Part shown: positions 1 to 13,123 of the stretch, one piece after another
Position numbering within the stretch: position 1 is the first letter of the stretch
How the letters are laid out: each line of letters begins with the position of its first letter
Notes under the pieces: model-generated
What the model saw: the letters and a program-made list of their open reading frames with translations, nothing else
Told to the model about the DNA's origin: nothing
Databases searched by the model: none
Assembly: GCA_030704615.1 (NCBI GenBank)
Contig: CM060733.1
Location: forward strand, 4,092,001-4,156,000
Length of the DNA: 64,000 nt
Direction: 5' to 3'
From: Takakia lepidozioides
Lineage: Eukaryota; Plantae; Bryophyta
Translations under genes and position numbers: made by a program

Positions 1-879
1 GCGCACTCTTATCGCCGACTGTGTCGCGCAGCCGCTGCCTCTCAGTCTCCGTCTGCTCTTGTGAATCAGTCTCCGCGTTCACACCTGCTGCCTTGGCCCT
101 GTGTTCTCCAACAAACGACGCCTCGTCATTTCTCTCTTGCTCTGCGTCTCTCTCTAAGGGAAAAAATAAAGAGACTTTCTTCTCTTTCGTATTCTAGAAG
201 GAACCCTCTCCAGCTTGACTACCACTCTCCCTCTAAGCGCGAAAAGTAGAAAAACGCAGTGACTCCCGATTTCTTGCGGGATTGTGTTCTTGCTGTCTCT
301 AGAAGCATCGGATTCCCTCCCGCGTGACCGTTACACATAGTCGTTTTCGATATTAGTGCACATGCCGCAATTGGTGCAAGCTGTTCGTATTCAGTTGGAT
401 GTCTGACGTGTGCCGCCCAAAACAAAACGGCGGGTTCTAAATTATAACTGGTTCAATATTTAAAAGAACAGCGAATCCCAGAAAATTGATGCGCAGTCTT
501 AAACAAATAAAGATATAAATGAACGAGAGTTTGATGACAAATTTTGGAATATCATACACGGTCATCCTTGTTATCCAAACCCCACATTCGTTGCACATTT
601 GGAACTTTCCAGGTGCGCATGATCATTGGTAGTAGTATATAGATACATTTACTTAATCTGCAATCCCATTCTCGGATCCTGTGGCATGCTTCCAGGAAGT
701 CGGCTTTGTTATTGGGTTTATTGATGAGGTTCTGATTAACGGTTTAACAGTTGCCGACACTGCCCCTATGGATTCTCTGACCACTGGGCCCACAAGAAAA
801 GTAATTAAAATGGACGGCTGCATATCTGGAATGAATAACAGAATATGCACAGTCGTTATCTGAGCTTCCTCCGCCATAT

Positions 880-3800
880 GCTCTGCTCATTCTTCAACTG
901 TGTTCTGGAGACAGCAGTAAACCGATTTACACTAGATCTGCGATAGCAAGGTACAAACATACTCGAGGAAGGAAGATGGCTTCCTCTGAAGCGGAGTTCT
1001 TCTCTGACGACAAACCAGTGCCGTTCTCCCAGGAAGTCCTTGACAATGGATTTGCAATTGTTCTGGAACATGTCTTGGCTACCCGTTTTCAGCTGCAGAA
1101 TGGCTCCATCTTTTTGAGAAAGAGGTTTACGATCTGAAAGGGAAGTTGGTGAAATATTCTTTCCAAAACCGTGATGAGACGGCTCATATCAGCCAGTGGA
1201 GAGTGCGTCCTGGTCGATACAGAGTACTTGGAGAGCCTCGGCGAAAGTCCCTTGGGTCATATGTGACGCCCGGGACTGCTGCTTCGGTCGTTGAAGACAA
1301 GAGGGAGGTGGTGGTGAAAAAAGAACAGACGTCCTCCACTCCAATCGTTGAGCTTTCGGATTCTCCGATGATGACATAAGTGAAATTCCAAATCCAGTCC
1401 TTCCTACTGTGGTTGCAGAAGCTGATGAAGAAGAGATTTGTAGTGTCATTCCAAAATTGCGGGCGATGGGAGGAATGGCTGGATTCAAAAGTGAGTTGCG
1501 GGGAATTGATTGGGAATCTTTGAAGCAGGTGCCTGTGAAGTTCTTGCCGGAGACTTTTGATGGCGATATCCTATTCGAGCTGCCTCCTCCTCCGCGAGTT
1601 TGGAGGTGTAACAATCATGATGCATGGAATGGACAAGAAACACGACGGGCACCCGTGGTGCAGAACAAAAACATCCAATATTCAGAATGATGACAAGCTT
1701 GTTTTTCAGGAGGACAGTTTGCAATGGACACCTTAGGTGTGATAATTTGAATTGCAGACACTTTCTTCAGTCTGGAGTTCATAATCAAAGCGAATGGGAG
1801 GGTCTGGCGGAGATCCATTTCAGCCTGGGACTGCCCCTCCACCGGCAAACACTTTCGTCTGCAAATTCTGCAAACTTGTGCCATCCTGCTTGGCGCTCTG
1901 CGGAGCAAGAATGTACTATGTTGTCCACCGTTTGAATACAATGACGAGAGCTTGTGTGCATTTTGGATTCCATAACCATCCTGTCTCGAAGGGGGATTAC
2001 AGGGAGAGTGTTGAGACAGTATCGAGGTTGATCAAACAGGAGTTCGGAGAAACCCATCCGCAACAACATCTGCAATTGCTCTTGGCGCAAGCAAGTCCTT
2101 CTTGGAAAGCCATATTTTGAGTGAAGGAGATTCTGTGGGGACTAAACTTGACGGTGCAGCATTGGACCTGTCATGGATCATTTCTCCACTTTAAGTTCAC
2201 CTAACATTCGGCATCAGATCAATGCATTGAGAATGGGCTCTGGGATCAGAGGCTACATAGACAATATTTTGGAATTGAAACGACTGAGCAAGTACGATTA
2301 CATCCAGGACAATGTATTCCCAGGTCAAGGTGCCATCAAAGTTTTTCTTTTCAAAATGTCGACTGTTGGGGAGGGCAGTGGGGTTAGCCTCGTGAAGCGG
2401 ATGCAGAAGACTGGGGACTTGCAGAACTGTTTTCTTATGTTTGATCATGTGAAACGAGTGAAGGATTGGACGACAATGGCTTGTCATGTCTACGATCCAG
2501 TGTACCAACGAGTTATGACAATTGCAGTTTGTGACATGCAATCCGAGGATACGGAATCCCAGAAGCTCATGTGGAATTCCCTGATACGTGTCATGGGCTG
2601 CCATCTCCAAATTTCGCAGGTTTCATGGCGGATAGTGCTCAAGCAAATTTCAATGCTATTCGTATTGTCTTCGGATCGGGCGACCCAAAAGTGCCTATGC
2701 CAGGAAGAGAGCGTACATGTCTATTCCATTGGACACAATCTCTGGAAAAACATACAAAGTCGGACATCAAACCAGAGATGCAGACTCAGCACCGTAAATT
2801 GTGCAAAGAGTACAAAGATGCTAGAACAATGAAGGAGGCGGACACTTTGTTCCAGACAATTCGTGCCTGGTGGTTCTCTTCTGGAGCTGCATCACTTGAG
2901 AGTATGAGAGCATTGGAAGATTGGCTGGCGTTTTGGCACTTCGGGTATAGACAGTGGGGAGCAGCCATGACAATGGTACGAGGCTTCTATTTCATGCTTT
3001 ATTCATACATTTGCTTTCCATATTTTTGTTCTTGCTTTCTTTATGTTGTTTCCTGTGCACTATTCTGAAGTGTGGTTATCCTCTTTGCAGAACATGTCCA
3101 TTGAGGAAATGGCAGACATGCCATCTTGCAATTTGGCAGAAACTGTGCACAATGCATGGTTGCAGCAGTCTGGGAAAAGAGGTCGGGATTTGTATGTGGC
3201 AACAACAGATGATTTGATACGTGCCTTGCAACAACAAACCCGATACCGTGATTTCTTACGAGGTGGGGTTGGTGGCAAGGGTCCGGACAAATCGGAGTTG
3301 ATGTTGCGTGCTGCAAACAGATCTGGGGATCCAATCAAGATAGCACGGGCGGTGAGCATGTATGCCCAGGGAACGCCACTTGTTTCTAGAGTTCCACATC
3401 TTGAAGGGGAGGAGAGATTCGGCTCCTGTAAGGAAATTGAACACTCCACCTGGTTCGGATTCAGATTCCCACAGGGCAGACCGTGATAACTTCTCGAAGC
3501 CTCGTGTTCCCCTGCATGACAGCTCCGTGTCCGGAACCTCCATTGTGGAGGAACCTCCAACACGACGGCAAGCTCCAGCATCAAACCGTGCCACTGAAAT
3601 GGTGCAGGAGAGAAACAACCCCCTTGATGTGCTTGAGTCCGCATGCCCCGACCACGTTTGGCACATAGAACGCACAAGTGTCGGGTCTCGTGTGAAATGT
3701 ACAGCGATCAGGGCAACTAATTTCGAGAAGTGCACTTCATCTATATCCAGAGGTGGTGCCCGAACTCCTGCTCCGACTTTCACGGGCTTGATGCGTCCAT

Positions 3801-4470
3801 ACGGTCAACCAGAAGCCAAGAACCACAAGTTCTGGTTCTGCGCAGATGATTGTGCCAGATGTGTGCATGGAACTGTGCGTCCTTCCGTAGTGATGAAGCC
3901 ATCTCCTCCAACCGTTTGGCCCGTGAAGGTGGGAACACATCTCAGCTTTCAGGATTGAAATGCTGGAGGAGGCAGGTTTTTTCCCTTGCGAGACAACCCC
4001 AACTCCATGCATGTGCTACTACTCCTGCGTCCTCCCGGGTCCCCCCGGCAAATCCTGACTTGTGGCCAACCAAACGAGATGGAAAGCTCGTTCGGCGTTT
4101 CCCTCCAACCGCTGAACACTTTGGCAAAGTGGAGTCCGCAAGAATGCTCCAAGCTCGTGTTGGAAGCACCACGGAAGTACCCGATCCAGGATATGGTCGG
4201 GTATTCACAATCATCACTTCCACATCTGCTGTTCATGACAGGACCTACGACATCACGGTTTCCAATTTCCCCAATTGCACATGTCCTGATTTTGTGAATA
4301 TGCTATCAACCAGTTGGGCAAGAGAGGTAAATTCATACCCTGCAAACATTTGTATTTCATATTTTTGAGGAGGATGGTTTGCGATCCCAAACGTGACAAC
4401 TTCATTCACCAGGCCACTATGAGTTTCAACGAGGTCGATACTCTTTTGCAGCGGGATACAACACATGGGT
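880..4470 (+). mobile_element. Mutator-like (MULE) transposase pseudogene with N-terminal GCM/WRKY-like Zn domain, DDE core and C-terminal SWIM finger
   Basis: Consecutive frameshifted ORFs join into one protein: DGHPWC..CNGHLRCDNLNC..CKFC..C..RACVHFGFHNHP (GCM-like); FMFDHVKRV, FMADSAQANFNAIRIVF, CLFHWTQS and CNLAETVHNAW (MULE D..D..CxxH..E core); YDITVSNFPNCTCPDF...CKH (SWIM). Probable GT-AG intron at about 2976-3090. Many 1-bp frameshifts. Confidence 0.8.
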
Positions 4471-4914
4471 AGCATGAACTATGTAATGTGGTATGTGGAT
4501 GACCATGATTTGAAATGTGTAATTCACATCAATTCGTCGGCTGTGCAAATGATATGGCCTCCAACTATACGGAGTGAGGTCTGAGTGACAACTTTTAGGT
4601 AGTGCACATTTGTCATTGCACCGTTCGAAGTCTACATGTCTTGCTGTCGCTATGCACTACAATCATCTTTTGAAGATGATCATAACTCTCATTGTTATTT
4701 TGAGGAGGGAGGAAGTCTTCTCGTGGCAGCCTTTATGGCGCACACTTTGTGAGGATATTTTGTCGTCTTCGTAATTGTAAAAGTGAAACAAACATTTGTA
4801 ATTGCACAATGTTGGATGCTGCAATTGTAGGCCTCAACGCTCGTCTTGATTCTATTTAGGCAAGATTCCCTGCATTAATTCCACGGTCATAGGACCATCC
4901 ACGGTTATAGGCGG

Positions 4915-5115
4915 CGCATGTTAATGCTGACGTGGCAGTTGACGGACAGTGCCACGTCATCATTTACCGCCACATCAGCATGCTGACATGACGCTCACGC
5001 CACGTCAGCATGTGTGCAGGCTCACGCCACGTCAGCTGGCGTGAGCGTACGCTCACGCCACGTCACTCCTGCGTGAGCGTACGCTCGCGCGCTCACGTGC
5101 AACGCTCACGCCATT
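4915..5115. repeat. Palindrome-rich ACGCTCACGC / CACGTCAGC repeat cluster
   Basis: Several direct and inverted copies of acgctcacgccacgtc; perfect 24-bp palindrome tggcgtgagcgtacgctcacgcca at 5037-5060. Confidence 0.75.
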
Positions 5116-5121
5116 GCGTCG

Positions 5122-5697
5122 TTGGTAACCGAGGACATCACATCTGCAGGAACCACACCAGTCGCCGAACAAGACGATGCAAATCTGAGGCAATCACAAC
5201 TGTCTACAGTAGAGAACCTCACCCAGTCCCAGACCCAGACAAGGACAATGGAAACAGAGCTTCCCACTCCACAGCTACTTCATGGTGTTAGCAATACAGA
5301 GCTCATTGACACTCCTGCCAATCCGTTGCCGACACAATTCCCCATAACCGAGGACGTCACATCTGTTGGAAACACACAAGATCTCATTCGAAACCCTGAC
5401 ACTTTAAGGCAGTCACAGCTGTCCTCCATTGACCACATCCCACAGACGCAGACATTGGAAATGAAGCTCCCTACTGGTGTTAGCATTCCCGCCGCCGAAG
5501 GCGTGCTCATGGATGGTGTCGTTGATGGGTTGAGGGCAATTGTTGACGGCTATTGTACCCCTTCGACCGTTGGATTGTCTCCGGAGGATGTTGCATCAGA
5601 TGTTGTGGAGGTTTCTATTGTTAATTCCTCTCCATCAAGGGTGGGCACGAGAGGCCTCCCGTCCTCTTCTTTTGGGAATACCTCAGCATCAGGGTAG
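5122..5697 (+). CDS. Low-complexity Thr/Gln/Ser-rich ORF with an internal duplication (possibly upstream exon of the FCP1-like gene)
   Basis: Two copies of TED(I/V)TS.G.T...LRQSQLS....(T/P)Q.QT...E..LPT; splice-like signals follow downstream (about 6031-6131, 6250-6318). Confidence 0.35.
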   Translation: MVTEDITSAGTTPVAEQDDANLRQSQLSTVENLTQSQTQTRTMETELPTPQLLHGVSNTELIDTPANPLPTQFPITEDVTSVGNTQDLIRNPDTLRQSQLSSIDHIPQTQTLEMKLPTGVSIPAAEGVLMDGVVDGLRAIVDGYCTPSTVGLSPEDVASDVVEVSIVNSSPSRVGTRGLPSSSFGNTSASG

Positions 5698-6501
5698 TTG
5701 AACGTTAATGAGGATCGGGTTGAAGACTCTGGAGAGAATGATATCACCGCTACTGCAGAGGCATTAGCAAGAAATCCTCCGGAGGCTTTTGAGAGAACCC
5801 CAGTCAGAGATAAATGTTTGTACCTATTGATCACCTTGCTCTCCTTACAATTGAATTTAGGCTGCTTTTGTTCCCTATCTTCGATCCTCATGTATTTGTT
5901 TCCAATCAATTGTAGGAGCGCGTGGCACGGTGTCGAAGAATCTTGCGGAGGTGTGATCTCTCATTACACTTTCTCACTTTACACCGATTGACATCGTCTT
6001 GCTGCCTCTAACGAGACGTCGTTTTATTTCAGCGGCGAAGAAGAGATGTAGGAAGCAGAGCCCGAGGAAGTATTCGGAGAGAATCACTCGACAGACAAAG
6101 CAATGAGGTAGCAATGGAGAATTCCACCGAGGTGTGTGCTACCATTCCACTTAGTCATTCCAGTTTGTGTTTGCACCTGGAAGTCAATTGTATATCATTC
6201 TTGATTTCATTCAATTGAGACCTAACTAATCGTCCTTGTTTGTCAGCAGAGAAGGTGGAAGACGAAACAAGCCCGAAGATCATTCGGGGATGTGTCCGCT
6301 GCCGAAATTGACAAAGAGGTATTTGGACGGGAGACCTCCCGTCCCTTCCTTCCCACTTATAACATTTTGACTTATTTCTCGAAGCACAGACTCGGTTTTG
6401 TTTAAGTCACCATAAATTCTAGATTCATCTCATACTTTACTACACATTAGTAATATAGCTGCCGATGGTCACATCCAAAGCTAACCGTCGAATCTTGACA
6501 G

Positions 6502-7248
6502 ATGGGTCCTGACCATTTTCGAGCGAGCGCGGCAGCAAATCTCTTGCGCCACAAGACACGAGTGATGGCTTCCTCTGGAGGTCAAAGAAAGTTAATCATT
6601 CTGAGTGTTGTTGGTTTATTGTGCTATAAACCCAAGCCTGTTGGATCACAGAGGTTCCTTGAACATTTCCCTCGTGCCAAAATTCCCTACGATTGGGACA
6701 ATGTCGTTCCTCGTCCGGGTCTTCTGGAATTTCTTGAACTTGCGTTCAACTATTACCATGTGGGTATATGGTCCTATGGAGTTCAACATATGGTTGAGGC
6801 TCTTCTTGCATATCTTCTCCCGAAGGATATGGTCAGGAAATTTTGCTTTATCTGGTGTAGGGATACTTGTACCAAGCTTCCTGCCTACATTGCCTCAACA
6901 CAACCGTTCTACATTAAAGACATTGTTGGTCTTTGGGAACACTTCGGGAGAAGTTGTAAGCCCTACGGCCTAAAAGGCCAAACGCTTTTGATTGATGATG
7001 AGCCCACCAAAGCCCTAAGGAACCCTTTGAACACTGGTTTTTACCCGAGATCCTTTGATGGCACTCTAACGCCGATCGTCAAGGAGGAACGAGATTCTTT
7101 TGTTAAGGATCTTGTTGAGACTTTATGGCCATTCCTTTCTGGCATGATGTCATCTCCGACAGTTCAAGAGTACATGGAGGAGAATTACTGGAAGTGTGCA
7201 ATGTTCAGATGCCTGTTGATAGCTCTCACCCTGATTGGATTTGGCTAG
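6502..7248 (+). CDS. FCP1/NIF-family HAD phosphatase-like domain, catalytic aspartates absent
   Basis: Motifs KLIILSVVGLL (normally L.LD.D/NG.L), RPGLLEFL...YHVGIWS, FIWCRDTCT, IKD, TLLIDDEPTKALRNP; preceded by a cag acceptor at 6501. Confidence 0.7.
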   Translation: MGPDHFRASAAANLLRHKTRVMASSGGQRKLIILSVVGLLCYKPKPVGSQRFLEHFPRAKIPYDWDNVVPRPGLLEFLELAFNYYHVGIWSYGVQHMVEALLAYLLPKDMVRKFCFIWCRDTCTKLPAYIASTQPFYIKDIVGLWEHFGRSCKPYGLKGQTLLIDDEPTKALRNPLNTGFYPRSFDGTLTPIVKEERDSFVKDLVETLWPFLSGMMSSPTVQEYMEENYWKCAMFRCLLIALTLIGFG

Positions 7249-7999
7249 CGAGATATGCAAATCCCCTAGGGATTACTGACATTTGTGTGTTTTTAGGTAG
7301 GTTCTCACCTCTTTGCTTTCAACTTCTTCTTTTTATGTCAACCGATGTGTCTTGGAGTAGTAGGTTAAGAGGTTAGAATGGGTCAGTAAGCACGGGAAGT
7401 ATCCCGTCCCTACTGCACACCATGAATATGGAAAGTATACTGATTTGTCTCATGGATTGGTTTATTTGTTCCAGTCAAGGCCAAGCGTCGTATGAAGTCA
7501 ACATCCGACAAGAAGAAGGATGGACATACCACACCAACAGGCCAGGAAGGTCTCTGGAGGTATATGAGTATTTCTGAGGAGGAGATCTGCTGGCAAGCAC
7601 AACGCCCTCAAACAGATGCAGGGCAATGGATTGTCCATTTGAGGAGATCTGGGATGAGAGTAGAATCCACTACCTTCTCTATTAGTCGGGTGACAGTCTT
7701 CCACCAGTTGGGATATTGTAAATAATGTTTGGCATTTTTTTGTAGGCTAATATTAAAAAAATGAAGCAACTGTGATTGACAGGAGGTCTCCCGTGCTGCC
7801 CATGAAACTGTAGAAAACTAGGATTTCAACACATATTAGGGATGTGATCAGGTATGGATTTTCTGGGAACTGCAATATTTACTAAACATCTACTACAATA
7901 AACTTAATAAATCATTTAAATTTGTTTTCATATTGAATTTTTATTCAATTTAAATAATAAAATAAATCCTGGACTTTGGAAAGTCTACATTTACTTAAA

Positions 8000-8556
8000 A
8001 TCCAGTTATAACTGAGAACGAGGATTTGATTGTAGAAGGTGGACTTTTTGAGGAAGAATGAATTTTCCTCTCCTTCCTATAGTAGTATATAAGCCTTGAG
8101 GTATATTACATTTCTGGCCGTGTTTAAGAATTGATTGAATGATGGATAAACTGAAATTCTGTTTTAATTTTTGTATCATCATGTGGGTAGTATGTGAAGG
8201 AGCCATATATATTCGCATGGTATATCTTGAAGGAACATGTTTTGAAACAAAATTCACCATTAGGATCTAGTTTTTTTTATCCAACCCAAAAATAATTATT
8301 TCTAAATATTTTCAATTTTTCAATTTTATTTAATCAATTAATTAGGAGTCGGACCCAAACCCGTGAAACCGTTAATATTTTCCAGCAACTACCCGGACCC
8401 GGACCCGATTCCATGTTCAAATACCCGGACCCGAACCCGGACCCGGATTTTCCAAATTTCGAAAACCCGGATCCGAACCCGGATTAGGCTCCACAAAAAA
8501 ACTCGAACCCGGAACCGACGGGTTCCTTTAAAAGGCAAGACTCGCACAATATTGGT
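8000..8556 (+). mobile_element. hAT-like element 3' end with ACCCGG(A) subterminal repeats
   Basis: Cluster of acccggac/acccgaac repeats at 8350-8520 ending in gactcgcacaatattgg; short acidic C-terminal remnant VITENEDLIVEGGLFEEE* at about 8005-8061. Superfamily call is tentative. Confidence 0.4.
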
Positions 8557-9629
8557 TAAAACCTAAATGATAGGATGTCTGGCAGCTTGCACATAACATG
8601 TGGGGTGACCACAAGGCTATGGCTAGCATCCATTTAGGCCATCACCATCCAGGTAAGCTTCTCATCCGGTTTTGTGTTTTTTATGTTTTGGGTGATGAAG
8701 ACAAGCATGAGGGATGTCATATTGGCATAGAAAACGGAGCGAGCAAGAGGCCGTGAACAACATGTAGCCGCCATCACCATCTCATGTAGGGCCTATGCTT
8801 GACTGCATCATCGAATGTTTTGGGGTTTTCTTTTTTAGTGATTGATCTCTAAGGGGGTGTCCGGATGCTCGTAGGAAGTTGTGCGCTCTTGATAGGAGTG
8901 AGTAGGGAGCCCACCACTTGAAGCACCAGCCATCGAAGATAATCCCTGACCCCACACTCAGATTGTTTTTTGTTTTGGATTTTTTCACTGGGATTATGAT
9001 GGTGGTTTTTGTTTGTTGCATTCCCATTTTCCTCTATCATTCTCTCAACTTTTCCTTGACGTCTTTATGAGTATATTATCTAAACCTTTCCTTAGCTATT
9101 TCCTCGGACTGTCTCTTTCCCTTTCCTTCTTCATTTCTTCTTAGTTGGTTTTATTATTATTGTTGTTGTTTTATTTTATTGTTTTGTTATCTAAATGGTG
9201 GACAATTTAGTTGGAGCCTGGTAGACTATAAACTCTTGACATGACGAATGTTCTCCCCTGCTACAGCAGCCATTCCACATCGAGAATTTGCAGGTACATC
9301 CCCTTTTTGTTATTATTATCATTTTTGGATTTGTAGTTGGTTGGTTTTATTCCACTACTTGCTTTGTCTTTTCTCTCCTCATTTCTCCTCTCTATCTTTT
9401 TTCTCCTTGCTGTATATTTTTTTATTTGAACCGCATTTGGTTGTTTTTGGGGTTAGTTATTAGTTGGTTGGTTTCTGAAATTCAAAACCCAGTATCAATT
9501 TGTTGTTTTTTGTTCTCAATTTGATTTTTTTTATGATTTCTTTTTTTTTCTTATATTCAGGTCTATCCCAAATGTGAAAATAGGCAGGCCCCATATCCAC
9601 TAGCACAAAGTGCCAGCCCACTTGAATAC

Positions 9630-10824
9630 TTAGTGAGTTGAGGTATGGGCTGGAAGTGTCACCATGTCCAGCCCAATCTCCATAGCATACTGAATTGCTT
9701 CAATCGTGACATGGCTACCATGTCCATCCAATATTAGCAAGTGTCGATTTTCTGTCGAAATCCCACCTGGAACATTGTTTTGGAAAAAAACCAGCCACTG
9801 TTTAAACAACTTGGCCGTCATCCATGCCTTTTCTTGCATTGCCATGCAAGCCCCTGTCTCACAGTCTTGAATATAATCCTCCATGATTCATTTGCCTCTG
9901 AAAATGAATTAGTTAGGGGTCCTCCCTCTTTCAACATTTACACATGCATTTACAGTCAACCATTCCCTAGACTTGGGTATGGTGCTGTAGATATAATGCG
10001 AACCTTTCTTGGCAATGACCCTTGCTCTAGAAGTTCGCCCAACTTGACACCCCGTTTCATCGCTATTCCAAATGTGTGTGGAAGGAGTGATGCTTCACAT
10101 ACAACATTTTCAAATTGTTGTACAAGGTTTCACAATATTTGGAAGTAACTGCTTTAGCCCTTGCCACTTCCAGCCCTTCAACCACTCTGATCGCAAGTTG
10201 TGGATGTCTTCTTCTAAACCACTTCAACCATGAGTGACCTGGAATGCTGTTTGTGAAAGGGGTGGCTCTGATTTGAGTTAACTCAGCCACTTTCAGCTTC
10301 AATTGGTGGACTATAACTAAATGACTAATAGCTTGCATGCGTAAAATCCAGTCTACCACTTGGTCTTCCTCTTCCACTGAGAGAACACCCTTAGCACCTA
10401 TTTTTCTTTGCTTTGTTTTCCCATTGAGGTGATCTAGCAAGGAAGTTTAATGAATGTTCCAATGCTGACCTGCTTGTCTGATGCTCATGGTACCTCTTTC
10501 CACGACATCCACTGCTTCTTCCAGCGCATTATCACTCCACAACCCTCTTTTTGTCTTGTCTTTCCCTCGTCTTCTCTCGCTTTCTTGCTGACCCGGGGTT
10601 GTGGATGGTGGAGTTGGTGTTGCACAAAGGGGTTCAATAGAGGCTGGAGTTGCCGCTGATTTTGACCAGTTTGCTTTCTTCCCTCTTTTGTTGGTTTGAG
10701 CGGAAGCATTACCAACAGTGGAGTCTAATGTATGACCACCTTTGACAAGCTTCTTCTTCTTGGCCACATTTGTAGAGATAGGAGTAGATCTTCTCCTAAC
10801 CATTGCAATGCAATATTGATCCAA
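9630..10824 (-). mobile_element. pogo/Tc1-mariner (Fot1-like) transposase pseudogene
   Basis: psq-type HTH (WSDNALEEAVDVV..MSIRQA), CENP-B HTH (LSVEEEDQVVDWI...PGHSWLKWFRRRHP), DDE_1 motifs (AWMT..F..W, LLILDGHGSH, LPAHTS). Frameshifted and truncated at the 3' end. Confidence 0.85.
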
Positions 10825-11974
10825 CTACAAACACATCAATGACTAGTGTCTAGTACTCGGGATATCAATCAGTTTCACTGGCCACTCCAATCCACGATCT
10901 TTGTACCACTTTGCTAAGTTCAGCCTTTTTGGTTTCTCTCCTATGTAAGGATCCTTCCTCCATGAATGAACAGACCTATGACGCACCCAACTTTCCATAA
11001 ATTCGTATAAGTTTTTGTGATTTTCCTGTGTATATGTTTTGTAGAGTGGCTGACCTTCTATGAATTCATGAAACAATCTAAATTTATCCCAATCTAAGTC
11101 TTCTTCTTCCCCATCCTTTTTTATCCCCTTAGGCAACCACCTTTTCACTAACTCTATCCTCTTTCTAGAACGCACTTTCTTCACAGTGGATGTCCACTTG
11201 AATACTCATAATCTGCAAAATGCTGCCTCACCGAGATGTCTACAGGGTTGTCTCCTAAAACTTGTCCTTTTTCCCTTGTACTATAACTTGTCCCTTCCAT
11301 GAACAAAAAACTGTATGTTTGGTTTGAAGAAAAAGATTCTCTGTCCACATTTGGAGGATAAGGCTTTGCTAAAAGAGAATATGAGGAGCATTAGAACAAC
11401 TATGACAACAGTTCAAGTAAGGATATAAGAGAAGAATCCATCCTGCAAGCATAAGAGAGCTGAAGCTTCGAACTACTCTGCAAATGCTTGTTGCCGCCAA
11501 CAATAAGAAAGGTTCAAAACACATATTCAAATTGCCAAGCGCGCTCACCCAAAGTCGAAATACAAGCCCCTGCAAGACTCAACAATGACTAGTGAAAACC
11601 CTAAAAGTGTGTAATGTATGACAAAGCCCCGATATGATAAAAACCCAAAGTTGTCAAGACCACATTCATCCATAGTCCTTTCATTTGTGCATGACCATGC
11701 AAGTGGGTCCGTAAGACAATCAATAGTGCTTAAGACAATCAATAGTGCGCCTATTACCATACAATGCATAGTTCAACAAATGTAACCTATTATAGGTCCA
11801 CCCATACCCAGTATTCACCCCATAGGTTGTCTGTCAGACTGACACAACATTTGCACATGAGAGCCTCTATGAAGCTCAGCCAGCCCCCACCTTAAGAACC
11901 CCTATTAGCGACCTGGGAAGGCACTTTGTTTTGCTGGAAGCTATTTGGACCATAAGCTATATGTGCCTAAATAA

Positions 11975-13123
<1,149 letters not shown>

